Of a DNA stretch of 55,454 bases, positions 19,375 to 28,986 are shown piece after piece; within the stretch, counting starts at the first letter, position 1; every line of letters begins with the position of its first letter. The notes beneath the pieces are model-generated. The model ran no database searches. It worked only from the letters and a program-made list of their open reading frames with translations, and had not been told where the DNA came from. A program made the translations under genes and the position numbers. The stretch covers positions 1 to 55,454 of the forward strand of contig CAZFXW010000001.1 in NCBI GenBank assembly GCA_964523385.1, in the 5' to 3' direction. The stretch is from an uncultured Peptoniphilaceae bacterium. Its GTDB lineage: Bacteria > Bacillota > Clostridia > Tissierellales > Peptoniphilaceae.

Positions 19375-19521
19375 TATTTTGATAATTAATTATCTATTCT
19401 TAAATAAGAGTGTAAAAAACCTCATTCGTTTTTAATTGAGGGTTTTTGTGAAAATCTATTTATATTCTACTATATTTAATCCATAGATATTTTGTTTTCT
19501 AATTACAGAGCTAGAGAAAGA

Positions 19522-19863
19522 TTATGTCTCACATATATTATTAATTAGAATGAGAACATACAATAAATTCACTATTTTAATACAGTCTAGTTTAGTGAAC
19601 TTCTTGCGACTTCTGCCATGCATTATCCAATGTCTATTCAAGTGATTAGGTTCTTTTTTATCAAAACTTATATAGCTGTTAAATAACTCTAAACAATGTT
19701 CAATAGTATGGAGAAGAGTTATAAATGATATATCAGTATCCTTAATTTCTTCAACATTTTTTAGTTTTAATTCTATAGCTTTGTATCTATTTCTTATAGT
19801 AACTTCATGAAGACCGTTAAAATCAGTTATAAGCTCGTCTATTGTTGCAATTATTCTGAACAT
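19522..19863 (-). CDS. Hypothetical protein with a C-terminal Rx4H (HEPN-like) motif; probably the 3-prime remnant of a longer decayed gene
   Basis: NRHWIMHGR, encoded at 19618-19635, fits the HEPN Rx4-6H signature. Upstream, up to about 20095, the same strand reads as ..SLNDNTIHGLLESKNINNILLQISKKEYKNVKK.. and ..IIPNKCNKKQKFKPYKNILD(stop)SYQAIEFNNFDIAMFRII... These pieces are interrupted by an A7-run frameshift and an in-frame TAG. Confidence 0.35.
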   Translation of the reverse strand: MFRIIATIDELITDFNGLHEVTIRNRYKAIELKLKNVEEIKDTDISFITLLHTIEHCLELFNSYISFDKKEPNHLNRHWIMHGRSRKKFTKLDCIKIVNLLYVLILINNICET

Positions 19864-20388
19864 TGCTATATCAAAATTATTAAATTCAATTGCCTGATAA
19901 GACTAATCTAGTATATTTTTATATGGCTTAAATTTTTGTTTTTTATTACATTTATTTGGTATTATTTTTTTACATTTTTATATTCCTTTTTAGAAATTTG
20001 TAATAAAATATTATTTATATTTTTAGATTCAAGTAGTCCATGAATAGTATTATCATTTAAAGACTTCCAATAACAAACTGATTATCAATAAGTATATTCC
20101 TCCCCTTGTATGCATAGTATACAGTAATAGCAAGAAAATAGGTGATCATTAAACTTAACATTAGGGCTAGCCCTAATGTGATTTTCACACATCTCTTTTA
20201 TAATAAACATAGAGTTGTGTAGTTTTATCCTCCCCTATAGCTTTGACTATTACACGTAGAATAAACCCACAGCTTTATGTTTATTTGTTAATCGGTTATT
20301 TAACGACAAACGTTTGATGTTGACAAGGATACAAGACATAGAGAGATCTGGTTCACAGCTCAAATATTTTACATTAGGAGTGAGTATT

Positions 20389-21539
20389 GTGATTTATGTA
20401 GGAATTGATGTAGCAAAGAATTTACACTATTGCACTATCTTGTTTTCAGAAGAGAGCAAAGAAAAAACCTTCCCCTTTGAAAACAACAGGGAAGGATTTA
20501 ATAGTTTAATTAACAAGCTATCTAGTCTTGGTAAGATAGAAGCAATTGGGCTCGAGGCCAGGGGGCATTACCATGAAGCTCTAAAAGATTTTCTAGAAAA
20601 TCATGGCTATGCCCTAAAGGTTTTCAATCCTTTACAAAGGAAAAAGTTCAGGGATTTTTTATCGCTTAGAAATACCAAAACTGATTCGATTGATTGATCT
20701 ACAATCGCTAAATTGTTATTTCATCGCCTAATCGAGCTACCAGATACATCATATCATTTAGACGAGTTAAAAGTACTAACGAGACAAAGATTTTATCTAA
20801 ATCAAGATAGATCTAGATACAAAAACAAGCTTAGACAGGTCCTAGAAGTCAATTTCCCAGAGCTTGAAAAGATAGTTGATATCCATGGCAAGGCTATTAG
20901 GGCCATGCTTAATGAGTATCCTTCAGCTAAAAGTATCGCCAGCAGTCACTTAAGAAGGCTAGCAAACATCTTAGAAAAGAACTCTAGAGGAGCTTTTAAG
21001 AAAGAGAAGGCAGAAGAGATTAGAGAATTACCTAGAATCTCAGTAGGTAAGCACACAAGATCTGCTGAGTTAGAACTAACAAATCTTATTTCTTCTATCA
21101 AGCATCTAGATGGAATAATTGGTAACTTAAAGATGGAAATTAAAGAGATTATGTTAGAAATTGATTCTCCCTCACAAGTATTCCAGGCCTTTCGAATACT
21201 TTAGGCTCAATGATATTAGGTGAGATTGGCGATATTAACAGGTTTTCTTGTCCTTCAAAGATACTTTCCTATGCTGGAATGGAGGCAGCTATTAAACAAT
21301 CAGGTAATTTTATTGGCCAGTCCAAAATGGTAAAAAAAGTATCTAAGTATTTGAGCTTTGCCTTGTTTAAAGCAGCAGAAACAGTGTCATTTTATGATAA
21401 TCATTTTAAAGAATACCTACACAAGAAAAGATTAGAAGGAAAGCATTACAGAGTTGCCCTTTCCCATGTGGCTAGAAAATTAATTAGGGTAATCTTTAAA
21501 TTATTAACGACTGGAGAAACTTTCGTTTCTCAGTCTTGA
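20389..21539 (+). mobile_element. IS110-family transposase gene, inactivated (in-frame TGA plus a frameshift)
   Basis: N-terminus VIYVGIDVAKNLHY.. is the DEDD RuvC-like domain. An in-frame TGA lies at 20695-20697 (..KTDSID*STIAKLL..). The C-terminal part, ..TSIPGLSNTLGSMILGEIGDINRF..YAGMEAAIKQSG.. (Transposase_20-like), needs a frameshift near 21170-21180. GTG 20389 lies behind AGGAG. Confidence 0.8.
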
Positions 21540-21698
21540 ATTATTGACAACTTAAAAGTCAAAAGACCCAACTAGTGGGTCAGTTTAGTGTGTGTATTTT
21601 GAAAATATTTAGTTATCTATTAGTAGTGAGATTATCTAAAAAAACTACTTGACTAGACATAGTTATTCTACAATTGGGTAAACCAATGGAATATGGCA

Positions 21699-21729
21699 GA
21701 AAAAAAGCACCTATCGGATCATAGGTGCT
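21699..21729 (-). terminator. Rho-independent terminator of the GcvT-family gene
   Basis: AGCACCTAT-cggatc-ATAGGTGCT hairpin with an A-run on the plus strand (a T-run on the minus strand) at 21700-21706. Confidence 0.8.
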
Positions 21730-21741
21730 TTGCTCTTGTTA

Positions 21742-22758
21742 TTATGCTTTAACTCTAAGGTTTTCTGGATCGTAGAAAACTCTATTGACTAGTTTGGTTT
21801 GAACCTTGTTTGGCCCAATCTCAACTGTGTCGCCTTCTTTGGCGTCGGTTGTGTCTATTAAGGCGTAGCCTAGGAATTTTTCCATGGTGAAACTATAGGT
21901 GTATCTGGTTACATGGCCGATTTCTTTTCCGTCGAAGTAGACCTTGTCTCCAGGGTTGATTTCAACGTCTTGGTCTTCGATTTCAAATCCCGCTAGCTCT
22001 CTGTGGATTCCCGCATCTAGGGACTTTTGAACCGCTTCTTTTCCGATAAAGTCCTTGTCCATCTTTACAGACCAGCCGTAGCCAACTTCAAAGGGGTTAG
22101 CCCCTTCCATATCGCTGACCAGTACATAGCCTTTTTCTGTAGGCAAGCTGGTTACTATAATATCGGTGGTGATATTCATAAGGTTAAACTCCTTACCAAC
22201 TTCTTGGAGTTTGGCCTCAAGCTGTTCTTTCTTATCTGTGGCGATGTATAGCTCATAGCCTAGCTCGCCTGTGTAGCCAGCTCTGGCAACTAGAACCTTT
22301 AAATCTCCTACTGTGTTGTCAGTCATGCATAGGAATTCTAAGTCGGTGATATCCTCATCTAAAAGTTTATTTAATAGATCTCTAGACTTAGGTCCTTGGA
22401 CTGCAAACATGCCACTTTCTGTTGAAACGTCCTTGTACTCTACTTCTTCGTCTTCTTTGTGCTTATCGAACCACTCGATTAATTCATTAACGTATAGGGT
22501 TGAGATCAGATAGTGTTCTCTTCCAATCTTAAATACTATTATGTCATCAATTACGTGTCCATCTTCATTGAGCATGGTACTGTAAACAGCTTTTCCTACA
22601 GGTGTGTTGGAAATATAGTTTACATACACTTTATCTAAGAATTTTTCAGCGTCTTTTCCGGTAACTTCTGCAATTGAGTGAGTGAAGTCGTAATAACCTA
22701 CATCCTCTCTAACTGCCTGGTGTTCTTTTTTCTTTAATTCAAAATCCTTAGTTAACAT
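21742..22758 (-). CDS. Aminomethyltransferase-family protein (glycine cleavage T-protein-like)
   Basis: The pattern ..REDVGYYDFTHSIAEVTGKDAEKFL..MFAVQGPKSRDLL..ARAGYTGELGYELYI.. is characteristic of the GcvT fold. No gcvH or gcvP lies nearby. Confidence 0.7.
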   Translation of the reverse strand: MLTKDFELKKKEHQAVREDVGYYDFTHSIAEVTGKDAEKFLDKVYVNYISNTPVGKAVYSTMLNEDGHVIDDIIVFKIGREHYLISTLYVNELIEWFDKHKEDEEVEYKDVSTESGMFAVQGPKSRDLLNKLLDEDITDLEFLCMTDNTVGDLKVLVARAGYTGELGYELYIATDKKEQLEAKLQEVGKEFNLMNITTDIIVTSLPTEKGYVLVSDMEGANPFEVGYGWSVKMDKDFIGKEAVQKSLDAGIHRELAGFEIEDQDVEINPGDKVYFDGKEIGHVTRYTYSFTMEKFLGYALIDTTDAKEGDTVEIGPNKVQTKLVNRVFYDPENLRVKA

Positions 22759-22959
22759 ATTATCACCTCTAATTAGACTATACCCATAATTTAATAAATT
22801 AAAGTATATTTTAAGGGTTTCATCTAATCCTTATCTATTTTATTAAGGATTGTTAATTATTTGAATTGGTTGGTAGAGCGGGTTTAGCTAGGGTCTCATC
22901 AATGATATTAACTAATGGATTAATATTAGGTGATAATTATGGATATTAGTTAGAAATAT

Positions 22960-22988
22960 TTACAACATCATTAATATTATGGTATAAT
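22960..22988 (+). promoter_or_regulatory. Putative sigma-A promoter of the DUF1232 gene
   Basis: TTACAA (22960-22965), a 17-nt spacer and TATAAT (22983-22988) preceded by TGn (extended -10). Confidence 0.5.
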
Positions 22989-23008
22989 AGGCCCAAGGGA
23001 GGGATGGT

Positions 23009-23416
23009 ATGAAAAGGGAGCAAGGCAAGGAGAAAGATACAATGAGGCTAAGGTTTTTATTTCCCAGAGCCAGAAGGGTTTTGAGAAATAGAAAGGAGCT
23101 TTTTGAGCTTTTACAAAAGGCCCTAGGGCTAATGACCAGCAAAAAAGGCCTAGACGAAGTTAGGGGCCAGGGATTTACCCTAGTTAATTTGGTCAAGGAC
23201 CGTATGTCTGGTCGTTACAAGGACTTTTCTTGGACCAATTTGGTTTTAATTGTGGCTGGCCTTATTTATCTGGTGAGCCCGATAGACTTTATACCGGATT
23301 TTATTTTAGGAATTGGATACGCCGATGATGTGGCGGTAATTTTATATATTATGAGGAAGTTGTCAGGAGAGCTGGATAAGTATAAGCTCTGGTCTGACGG
23401 TCAAATGGGCCCTTAG
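23009..23416 (+). CDS. DUF1232 (YkvA-like) membrane protein
   Basis: Conserved LVSPIDFIPDFILGIGYADDVAVILYI motif. RBS GGGAGGG lies upstream. Confidence 0.7.
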   Translation: MKREQGKEKDTMRLRFLFPRARRVLRNRKELFELLQKALGLMTSKKGLDEVRGQGFTLVNLVKDRMSGRYKDFSWTNLVLIVAGLIYLVSPIDFIPDFILGIGYADDVAVILYIMRKLSGELDKYKLWSDGQMGP

Positions 23417-23532
23417 GGCTCATTTTTATTTGATAAGTTCTCTATTAAGGCCGTGCTCAGCTGTTAGGAGAGTCTTGCAATTTGCGGAACTTTATATCTG
23501 ATTAATCTGTTCTTCTGTGGTATAATGGTAGC

Positions 23533-23697
23533 AATTGGAAAAAGTGAGCTAGTCCACATCAGGGAATGAGGTGAAAGGCCTCAGCAGCCCCCGCTACTGT
23601 AAGGCGAAAGCCAAGCCAGGATACATACCTGGGACTACGCTTAGGTACTTCGGCGGGAGGTTCTTAAAAACTAGGCCGCATTGCGGCCTTTTTTAAT
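23533..23697 (+). promoter_or_regulatory. Cobalamin (B12) riboswitch with an intrinsic terminator expression platform
   Basis: Core AGGGAAtgAGGTGAAAGGCCTCAGCAGCCCCCGCTACTGTAA, a B12-box-like GCCAGGATACATACCTGG, then GGCCGCattGCGGCC plus a T-run (23672-23697). An extended -10 (TGgTATAAT) lies at 23518-23526. Confidence 0.85.
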
Positions 23698-23709
23698 TGG
23701 GAGAAGAGG

Positions 23710-24291
23710 ATGTATAGTTTTTTAAGTGTAGATTTTAGCGGAAAGAAGGTAATAGTGGCTGGGGCTGGCCAGGTAGGCCTTAGGAAGGGAGCCAAGCTCT
23801 TGGAGGCAGGGGCAGACCTGTATTTTTTTGACCCCTATATCCAAGCCCTGCCCTGGCCTGGGCCAGTTCTACACAAGAGGCCTTTAGAGGCAGGTGATTT
23901 AGAGGGGGCTTATTTGCTTTTGGTGGCCACTTCTTCTGCTGAGGAAAATCAAAGGCTGGTGGATTTAGCCAAGTCAAAGGGGATTTTCGTCAACTCTGCC
24001 GACTTTAGTATCGACTCTTCGTTAATCTTTCCTATGGAATTTAAGGCCGGAGGGGTTCATATAGGTCTGTCTACTTCTGGCCAAGCTCCCTTTGCCCTAG
24101 GTTCGATTAGGGCTGATATAGAAGGGGCCTTAGAGGGCTGGAGCCAGGAAAGGTTAGAGCTTTTGGCTCAGATCAGGCAGCAGGTGATCCAGCTAGATTT
24201 GACCGACCAGGAGAAGAGGGCAATCTACCAGGATTTGCTGGAAAGAGATAAGGAGGAGCTAAAGGCCTATGAAGATAAGATTAGGGACTAG
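23710..24291 (+). CDS. sirC: Precorrin-2 dehydrogenase / sirohydrochlorin ferrochelatase-type protein (CysG N-terminal-like)
   Basis: A 193-aa protein with an N-terminal Rossmann motif, VIVAGAGQVGLRKGAKLLEAGADL. It is the first gene behind the B12 riboswitch. Confidence 0.7.
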   Translation: MYSFLSVDFSGKKVIVAGAGQVGLRKGAKLLEAGADLYFFDPYIQALPWPGPVLHKRPLEAGDLEGAYLLLVATSSAEENQRLVDLAKSKGIFVNSADFSIDSSLIFPMEFKAGGVHIGLSTSGQAPFALGSIRADIEGALEGWSQERLELLAQIRQQVIQLDLTDQEKRAIYQDLLERDKEELKAYEDKIRD

Positions 24292-25162
24292 AGAATCGGC
24301 CTTGGCCTTGGAACAGACCTATGAGGTAAGGAAGGGTTTAAGGGAGATTTTTCCCCAGGCCGATTTTAAAATAGTGAAGATTTCTACCTATGGAGATGAA
24401 AACCTCCAGCTGCCAATCTCCGTTATCGGAGGCAAGGGGGTTTTTGTAAAAGAGGTTCAGAGCCAGCTGGTAGAAGGCTTAATAGATATTTGCGTCCACT
24501 CCTGTAAGGATATACCTGCGGCCACCAGACCAGAAGGTGTTGTCCTCTTACCCTTTTGGAAGGAAGAGGACCCAAGGGATCTGATTGTAACCAAGGAGCC
24601 GGCCCAGTCAATTTATGATTTGCCAGCTGGGGCGGTTTTAGGAACTGGAAGTCAGAGGCGCGCCTTAGAGCTAGGAAGGCTGAGACCGGATTTGAAATTT
24701 AAGCCTGTAAGAGGGGCTGTTCCCACTCGGGTCAGGAAAATCGAGGAAGAAGGCTTAGATGGTGTGGTATTGGCGGTGGCTGGCCTTAGAAGGCTGGGCC
24801 TAGAGAAAGAGTTGGCTGGTCGTCTGGTCTACTTGGATGTGGATCAGGTTTTACCATCGCCAGGTCAGGGGATTATCGCCCTAGAGCTTAGGGAGGAGGA
24901 CCCACTAATCCAGGCTATCCAGGGTCAGATTGACAGGCAGGTTTATTATAGGTTTCTCAGTGAAAGGGCTTTTCTCAGAGCTGTTGGCGGAGATTGTACT
25001 GTTCCCCTAGGCTGCTGGGCCCAGGTGGATTTAATAAAAGAGGAAGTTTGGCTTAGGGGCTTTTTAAAGGAGGCAGCCTATGCTAGGGATGAAATTCGCT
25101 CTAGCCTAGGAGATTGCCAAGAGTCTGCTGCTGAACTGGTAAGGAGATTGAGAAGTGGCTAG
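24269..25162 (+). CDS. hemC: Hydroxymethylbilane synthase (porphobilinogen deaminase)
   Basis: IRLGTRESALALEQ N-terminus, GKGVFVKEVQ, VHSCKDIP and the cofactor-Cys region GGDCTVPLG. Confidence 0.9.
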   Translation: MKIRLGTRESALALEQTYEVRKGLREIFPQADFKIVKISTYGDENLQLPISVIGGKGVFVKEVQSQLVEGLIDICVHSCKDIPAATRPEGVVLLPFWKEEDPRDLIVTKEPAQSIYDLPAGAVLGTGSQRRALELGRLRPDLKFKPVRGAVPTRVRKIEEEGLDGVVLAVAGLRRLGLEKELAGRLVYLDVDQVLPSPGQGIIALELREEDPLIQAIQGQIDRQVYYRFLSERAFLRAVGGDCTVPLGCWAQVDLIKEEVWLRGFLKEAAYARDEIRSSLGDCQESAAELVRRLRSG

Positions 25163-26594
25163 GGTTTATTTGGTGGGAGCAGGGCCGGGAGATGAAGGGC
25201 TTTTAACCCTAAGAGGTAAGGAAGTTTTAGAAAAAGCTGATTTTATAGTCTACGACCGGCTGGTTTCTCCGGAAATACTGAAGATGAAAAGTCCTAGGGC
25301 CCAGCTTTTTTACGTAGGCAAGAGGGCGGGGAAACACTGTATGAAGCAGGCTGATATTAATCTGCTTTTAGACGAGCTGGCTGGTCAGGGAACTGTGGTG
25401 AGGATTAAGGGAGGAGACCCTTATGTATTTGGCCGAGGGGGAGAGGAGTTTCTCTTTTTAAAGAAGAAGGGCCACCAGGTTGAGGTGGTGCCAGGGGTGA
25501 CTTCGGCTTTGGCTGGCCTAGCCTATGCGGGGATTCCAGCTACCCATCGGTCCTATTCCAACTGTGTCCACATCTACACTGGTCACTTTGTCCAAGGTGC
25601 TCCAGACTACCCTTGGGAGTCTATAGTTAAGGTGGGAGGGACGGCGATTTTCCTTATGGGTCTTAGCTTCATAGATAGGATTCGAGATGGGCTTTTGGCA
25701 GGGGGAATGAACCCGAATATGCCGGTGGCCCTTATCCGTTGGGCTACTACCAGTATCCAAGAGAAATATGTGGGGACCTTAGAGAATTTAGTTGAATTAA
25801 AGGAAGATAACCAGGTCCAGTCACCAGCCCTAATAGTTGTAGGCTTAGCAGTTAGGCTCAATGAGGATTTGGATTTTTTCAAGCCTGTCCAGCCTTCTGG
25901 AAGGAGGCTGGCCCTCTTTAGGAGGGAAGACCAGGGAGAAGAGCTGGCTGAAAGGCTGAAAGAGTTGGGTCACTATGTGAAAAATATTCCACTGATTAGC
26001 AGTGGGGTTTTAAAGGCGGACCTGGCTGGTCTAGAAGAATCTGACCACTTGGTCTTTACCTCTAAAATGGGAGTAGAAGGATTTTTTGCGAATCTCTTGG
26101 GCCAGGGGCGGGATTTAAGGGCCTTGGCTGGAAAGAAGGTCTATGCCATAGGTCCAAGGACGACCCAGGCTTTAAAAGACCGAGGGATATTGGCTGACTA
26201 CCAGTCGGTTGGAGGAAACTCGGACCAGATGAGGGAAGAGTTAGAAGCCTTGGTTGGTAGGGCTAGGATTTTTTATCCTTGCTCAAATCTAACCGATAAT
26301 GCCCTTATAGGCCTAGAGGACCTGGTAAAAGAGGCGGTCTATGAGACCCAGCTCCTTAAACAGGATTTAGAAGGGCTGGAAGAGGGGGGCTATGATCTGA
26401 TTTTTTTCTCTCCCTCTCAGGTCAGAGCCTTTGTTCAAAGCGGTGGCCAATGGGAGACTAACAGGATTGTATCTATTGGGCCTATTAGTTCTAAGGAATT
26501 GGCCCACCAGGGAGTGGAAGTTGATTTTGAATTAGAGGATCATTCGGCCCAGGGCTTGATAGATTTTTACAAGAGCTTAGATAGCAGTTTATAA
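25155..26594 (+). CDS. cobA/hemD: Fused uroporphyrinogen-III C-methyltransferase / uroporphyrinogen-III synthase
   Basis: N-terminal SUMT motifs VYLVGAGPGDEGLLTLRG and VRIKGGDPYVFGRGGEE, followed by a C-terminal HemD-like half of about 230 aa. Confidence 0.85.
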   Translation: MARVYLVGAGPGDEGLLTLRGKEVLEKADFIVYDRLVSPEILKMKSPRAQLFYVGKRAGKHCMKQADINLLLDELAGQGTVVRIKGGDPYVFGRGGEEFLFLKKKGHQVEVVPGVTSALAGLAYAGIPATHRSYSNCVHIYTGHFVQGAPDYPWESIVKVGGTAIFLMGLSFIDRIRDGLLAGGMNPNMPVALIRWATTSIQEKYVGTLENLVELKEDNQVQSPALIVVGLAVRLNEDLDFFKPVQPSGRRLALFRREDQGEELAERLKELGHYVKNIPLISSGVLKADLAGLEESDHLVFTSKMGVEGFFANLLGQGRDLRALAGKKVYAIGPRTTQALKDRGILADYQSVGGNSDQMREELEALVGRARIFYPCSNLTDNALIGLEDLVKEAVYETQLLKQDLEGLEEGGYDLIFFSPSQVRAFVQSGGQWETNRIVSIGPISSKELAHQGVEVDFELEDHSAQGLIDFYKSLDSSL

Positions 26595-26627
26595 ATATTA
26601 TAAGATTAAATAGATGATGAGGATTAA

Positions 26628-27587
26628 TTGATGTATAGAAAGAGACAGAGTCAGGCTTACAGGGATTTTTTTGCTGAGAGTGTTTTAAGAATGGAGGATT
26701 TAATCTACCCTCTCTTTATTGAGGAAGGTAAGGATATTAAAAGGGAGATTGGGTCTATGGAGGGGATTTGCAGGTTTTCTCCTGACCGGGTCCTTGAAGA
26801 AGTTGGGGAGCTAGTTGATTTAGGGGTGAATAGCTTTATCCTTTTCGGAATTCCAGCTTCTAAGGATTGGAAGGCTAGTTCTTCCTATGAGGAAGATGGG
26901 GTTATCCAGAGTGGGGCTCGGCTTATCAAGGAGGCCTATCCCCAGGCATTTTTAATAGGTGATGTGTGTATGTGTGAGTATACTGACCATGGCCACTGTG
27001 GAATTTTAGATGGCTCTATGATACATATGGAGGAAACCAGAGGTGTATTAGCTAAGATTGGCCTTTCCTACGCTGAATCGGGGATAGATTTACTGGCGCC
27101 TAGTGGGATGACCCAGGGGGCTGTGGCTGCCATTAGGCAGGCTTTGGATTCAGGAGGCTATGGTAATGTGCCGGTGATTTCCTATGCAGCCAAGTATGCA
27201 TCTAATTTATACGGACCCTTTAGGGAGGCGGCTGGATCTGCTCCCTCCTTTGGTGACAGGAAGACCTATCAGATGGACTATAGGAATGGCCATGAGGCTA
27301 TGGAGGAAGTGGCCCAGGATTTAAGGGAAGGGGCTGACGGGATTATCGTTAAGCCCTCTATGTACTATGGAGATATTCTCTATAGGACAGCCCAGGCCTT
27401 TGACACCTTGATTTTAGCTTATCAGGTTAGTGGCGAGTACTCGATGATAAAAAATGGGGTTAGAGATGGTCTTTTAAACCAAGATAGTATCTTCGAGAGC
27501 CTCTACTCTTTAAAGAGGGCTGGGGCTGACAAGATTATCACTTACTTTGCCAAGGAATTGGCAGAGGATTTAAAGGGGAAGATATAA
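26628..27587 (+). CDS. hemB: Porphobilinogen synthase (ALA dehydratase)
   Basis: Zinc-site Cys cluster DVCMCEYTDHGHCG, active-site Lys region IVKPSMYY and YQVSGEY. Confidence 0.9.
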   Translation: MMYRKRQSQAYRDFFAESVLRMEDLIYPLFIEEGKDIKREIGSMEGICRFSPDRVLEEVGELVDLGVNSFILFGIPASKDWKASSSYEEDGVIQSGARLIKEAYPQAFLIGDVCMCEYTDHGHCGILDGSMIHMEETRGVLAKIGLSYAESGIDLLAPSGMTQGAVAAIRQALDSGGYGNVPVISYAAKYASNLYGPFREAAGSAPSFGDRKTYQMDYRNGHEAMEEVAQDLREGADGIIVKPSMYYGDILYRTAQAFDTLILAYQVSGEYSMIKNGVRDGLLNQDSIFESLYSLKRAGADKIITYFAKELAEDLKGKI

Positions 27588-27589
27588 AA

Positions 27590-28330
27590 ATGAAAAAAGC
27601 TATGGCAGTGGTGGCCTTTGGCACAACCTATAGTCAGACCTATGAAAAATGTATAGCTCCATTAATTAAAGGGGCCCAAGAAAGGTATCCGGATTTGGAG
27701 GTTAAAGAGGGTTTTACCTCCAGGATTATCCAAAGACTTTTAAGGAAGAGGGGAATTCACATCCAGCTAGAGGAAGAAGTGGTTAATGATTTGGTTCAGG
27801 ATGATTTTGAGATTATCTATATCCAGCCCCTCCACCTTTTGACTGGCCACGAGTACAATAAGCTAAAGCTGGATCAGACGGTTTTAGGAGATCCTCTCTT
27901 TGCCAATCAGGATGATATAAGACGCTTTGCCGATGTTATGGCCTTTGAGGCAGACGAGGGCGAGGTTTATCTCCTTATGGGACATGGCACTGACCACCAG
28001 GCCGACTGGATTTACCAGGCACTGGAGGAGGAATATCGGAAGAGAGGCCAGAGGGTTGTTATTGCAACTTTAGAAGGCTCTAGGCTTTTAGAGGATGTCC
28101 AAGGAGAGCTAAGAAGGCTGGAGGCGAAGAAGGTTATCCTCCAGCCACTAATGCTGGTGGCCGGAGACCATGCTGAAAATGATATGGCCTCTGATGACCC
28201 AGACTCTTGGAAGTCATACTTAGAGGGTCAAGGCTATGAGGTTGAAGTAGTGATGAAGGGCCTAGGCGAGTATAGTCAGGTCAGAGATTTGTTTTATGAG
28301 AAGATGGATAAGTTGGTAGATAGGCATTGA
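27590..28330 (+). CDS. cbiK: Sirohydrochlorin cobaltochelatase (anaerobic pathway)
   Basis: AVVAFGTTY.., IQPLHLLTGHEY and LMGHGTDH motifs. About 246 aa, in a cbi context. Confidence 0.8.
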   Translation: MKKAMAVVAFGTTYSQTYEKCIAPLIKGAQERYPDLEVKEGFTSRIIQRLLRKRGIHIQLEEEVVNDLVQDDFEIIYIQPLHLLTGHEYNKLKLDQTVLGDPLFANQDDIRRFADVMAFEADEGEVYLLMGHGTDHQADWIYQALEEEYRKRGQRVVIATLEGSRLLEDVQGELRRLEAKKVILQPLMLVAGDHAENDMASDDPDSWKSYLEGQGYEVEVVMKGLGEYSQVRDLFYEKMDKLVDRH

Positions 28331-28986
28331 GGAAATTATTTATTGTGGGAACAGGTCCGGGAGATCCAGAGCTGCTAACAGTTAAGGCGGCCAGGGTAAT
28401 ATCAGAGGCGGATTTAATCTTTGCCCCTAATAACAAGGGGAAGAATATGGCCTTAGACTCGACCCAGCCTTATATTAAAGGGGCCAAGGTAGTTCTTTTG
28501 GACTTTCCCATGGGCAGGGTGACCGAAGAAGATTACCTGGAAAATCAAAAGATTATCCAGAGGGAGTTAAAAGTTGGCCAGACGGGGGTCTATTTGACTA
28601 TCGGTGACGCTACGATTTTTTCTACTATTATGAATTTGATAGAGATTCAGCCAGTAGATATGGAAGTTGAGTTTGTGCCGGGGGTGCCATCCTTTTTATC
28701 TGCAGCCAATGCCGGTCAGATGCCCTTGGTTTTTACCAAGGAGAGGTTTCTTTTAACCGAGGAGGTAGACCGGGAAGTCCTTGGGTATGTGGATTCTTTG
28801 GCTGTCCTTAAAACCTTTAGGGACAAGAGGCTCCTGTTGGATCTTTTAGAGGAAGAGGGATTTGATTACGTGTATTATTCAAATATAAGTGGAGAAAATC
28901 AGAAAATTTTAAAGAACAGGAAAGAAATTATCGAGGAAGAAAATTACCTGTCTCTAATATTAGGGAGAAGAAAGCACCAGAGATGA
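28327..28986 (+). CDS. cbiL: Cobalt-factor II (precorrin-2) C20-methyltransferase
   Basis: LFIVGTGPGDPELLTVKA and TIGDATIFST tetrapyrrole methylase motifs, plus its position in the operon. Confidence 0.8.
   Translation: MRKLFIVGTGPGDPELLTVKAARVISEADLIFAPNNKGKNMALDSTQPYIKGAKVVLLDFPMGRVTEEDYLENQKIIQRELKVGQTGVYLTIGDATIFSTIMNLIEIQPVDMEVEFVPGVPSFLSAANAGQMPLVFTKERFLLTEEVDREVLGYVDSLAVLKTFRDKRLLLDLLEEEGFDYVYYSNISGENQKILKNRKEIIEEENYLSLILGRRKHQR

Noticed and set aside
22960-23196. Minus-strand ORF 22960-23196.
   Set aside because: It lies antisense to the DUF1232 gene and its promoter. The translation is Ser/Leu/Pro-rich and there is no RBS.
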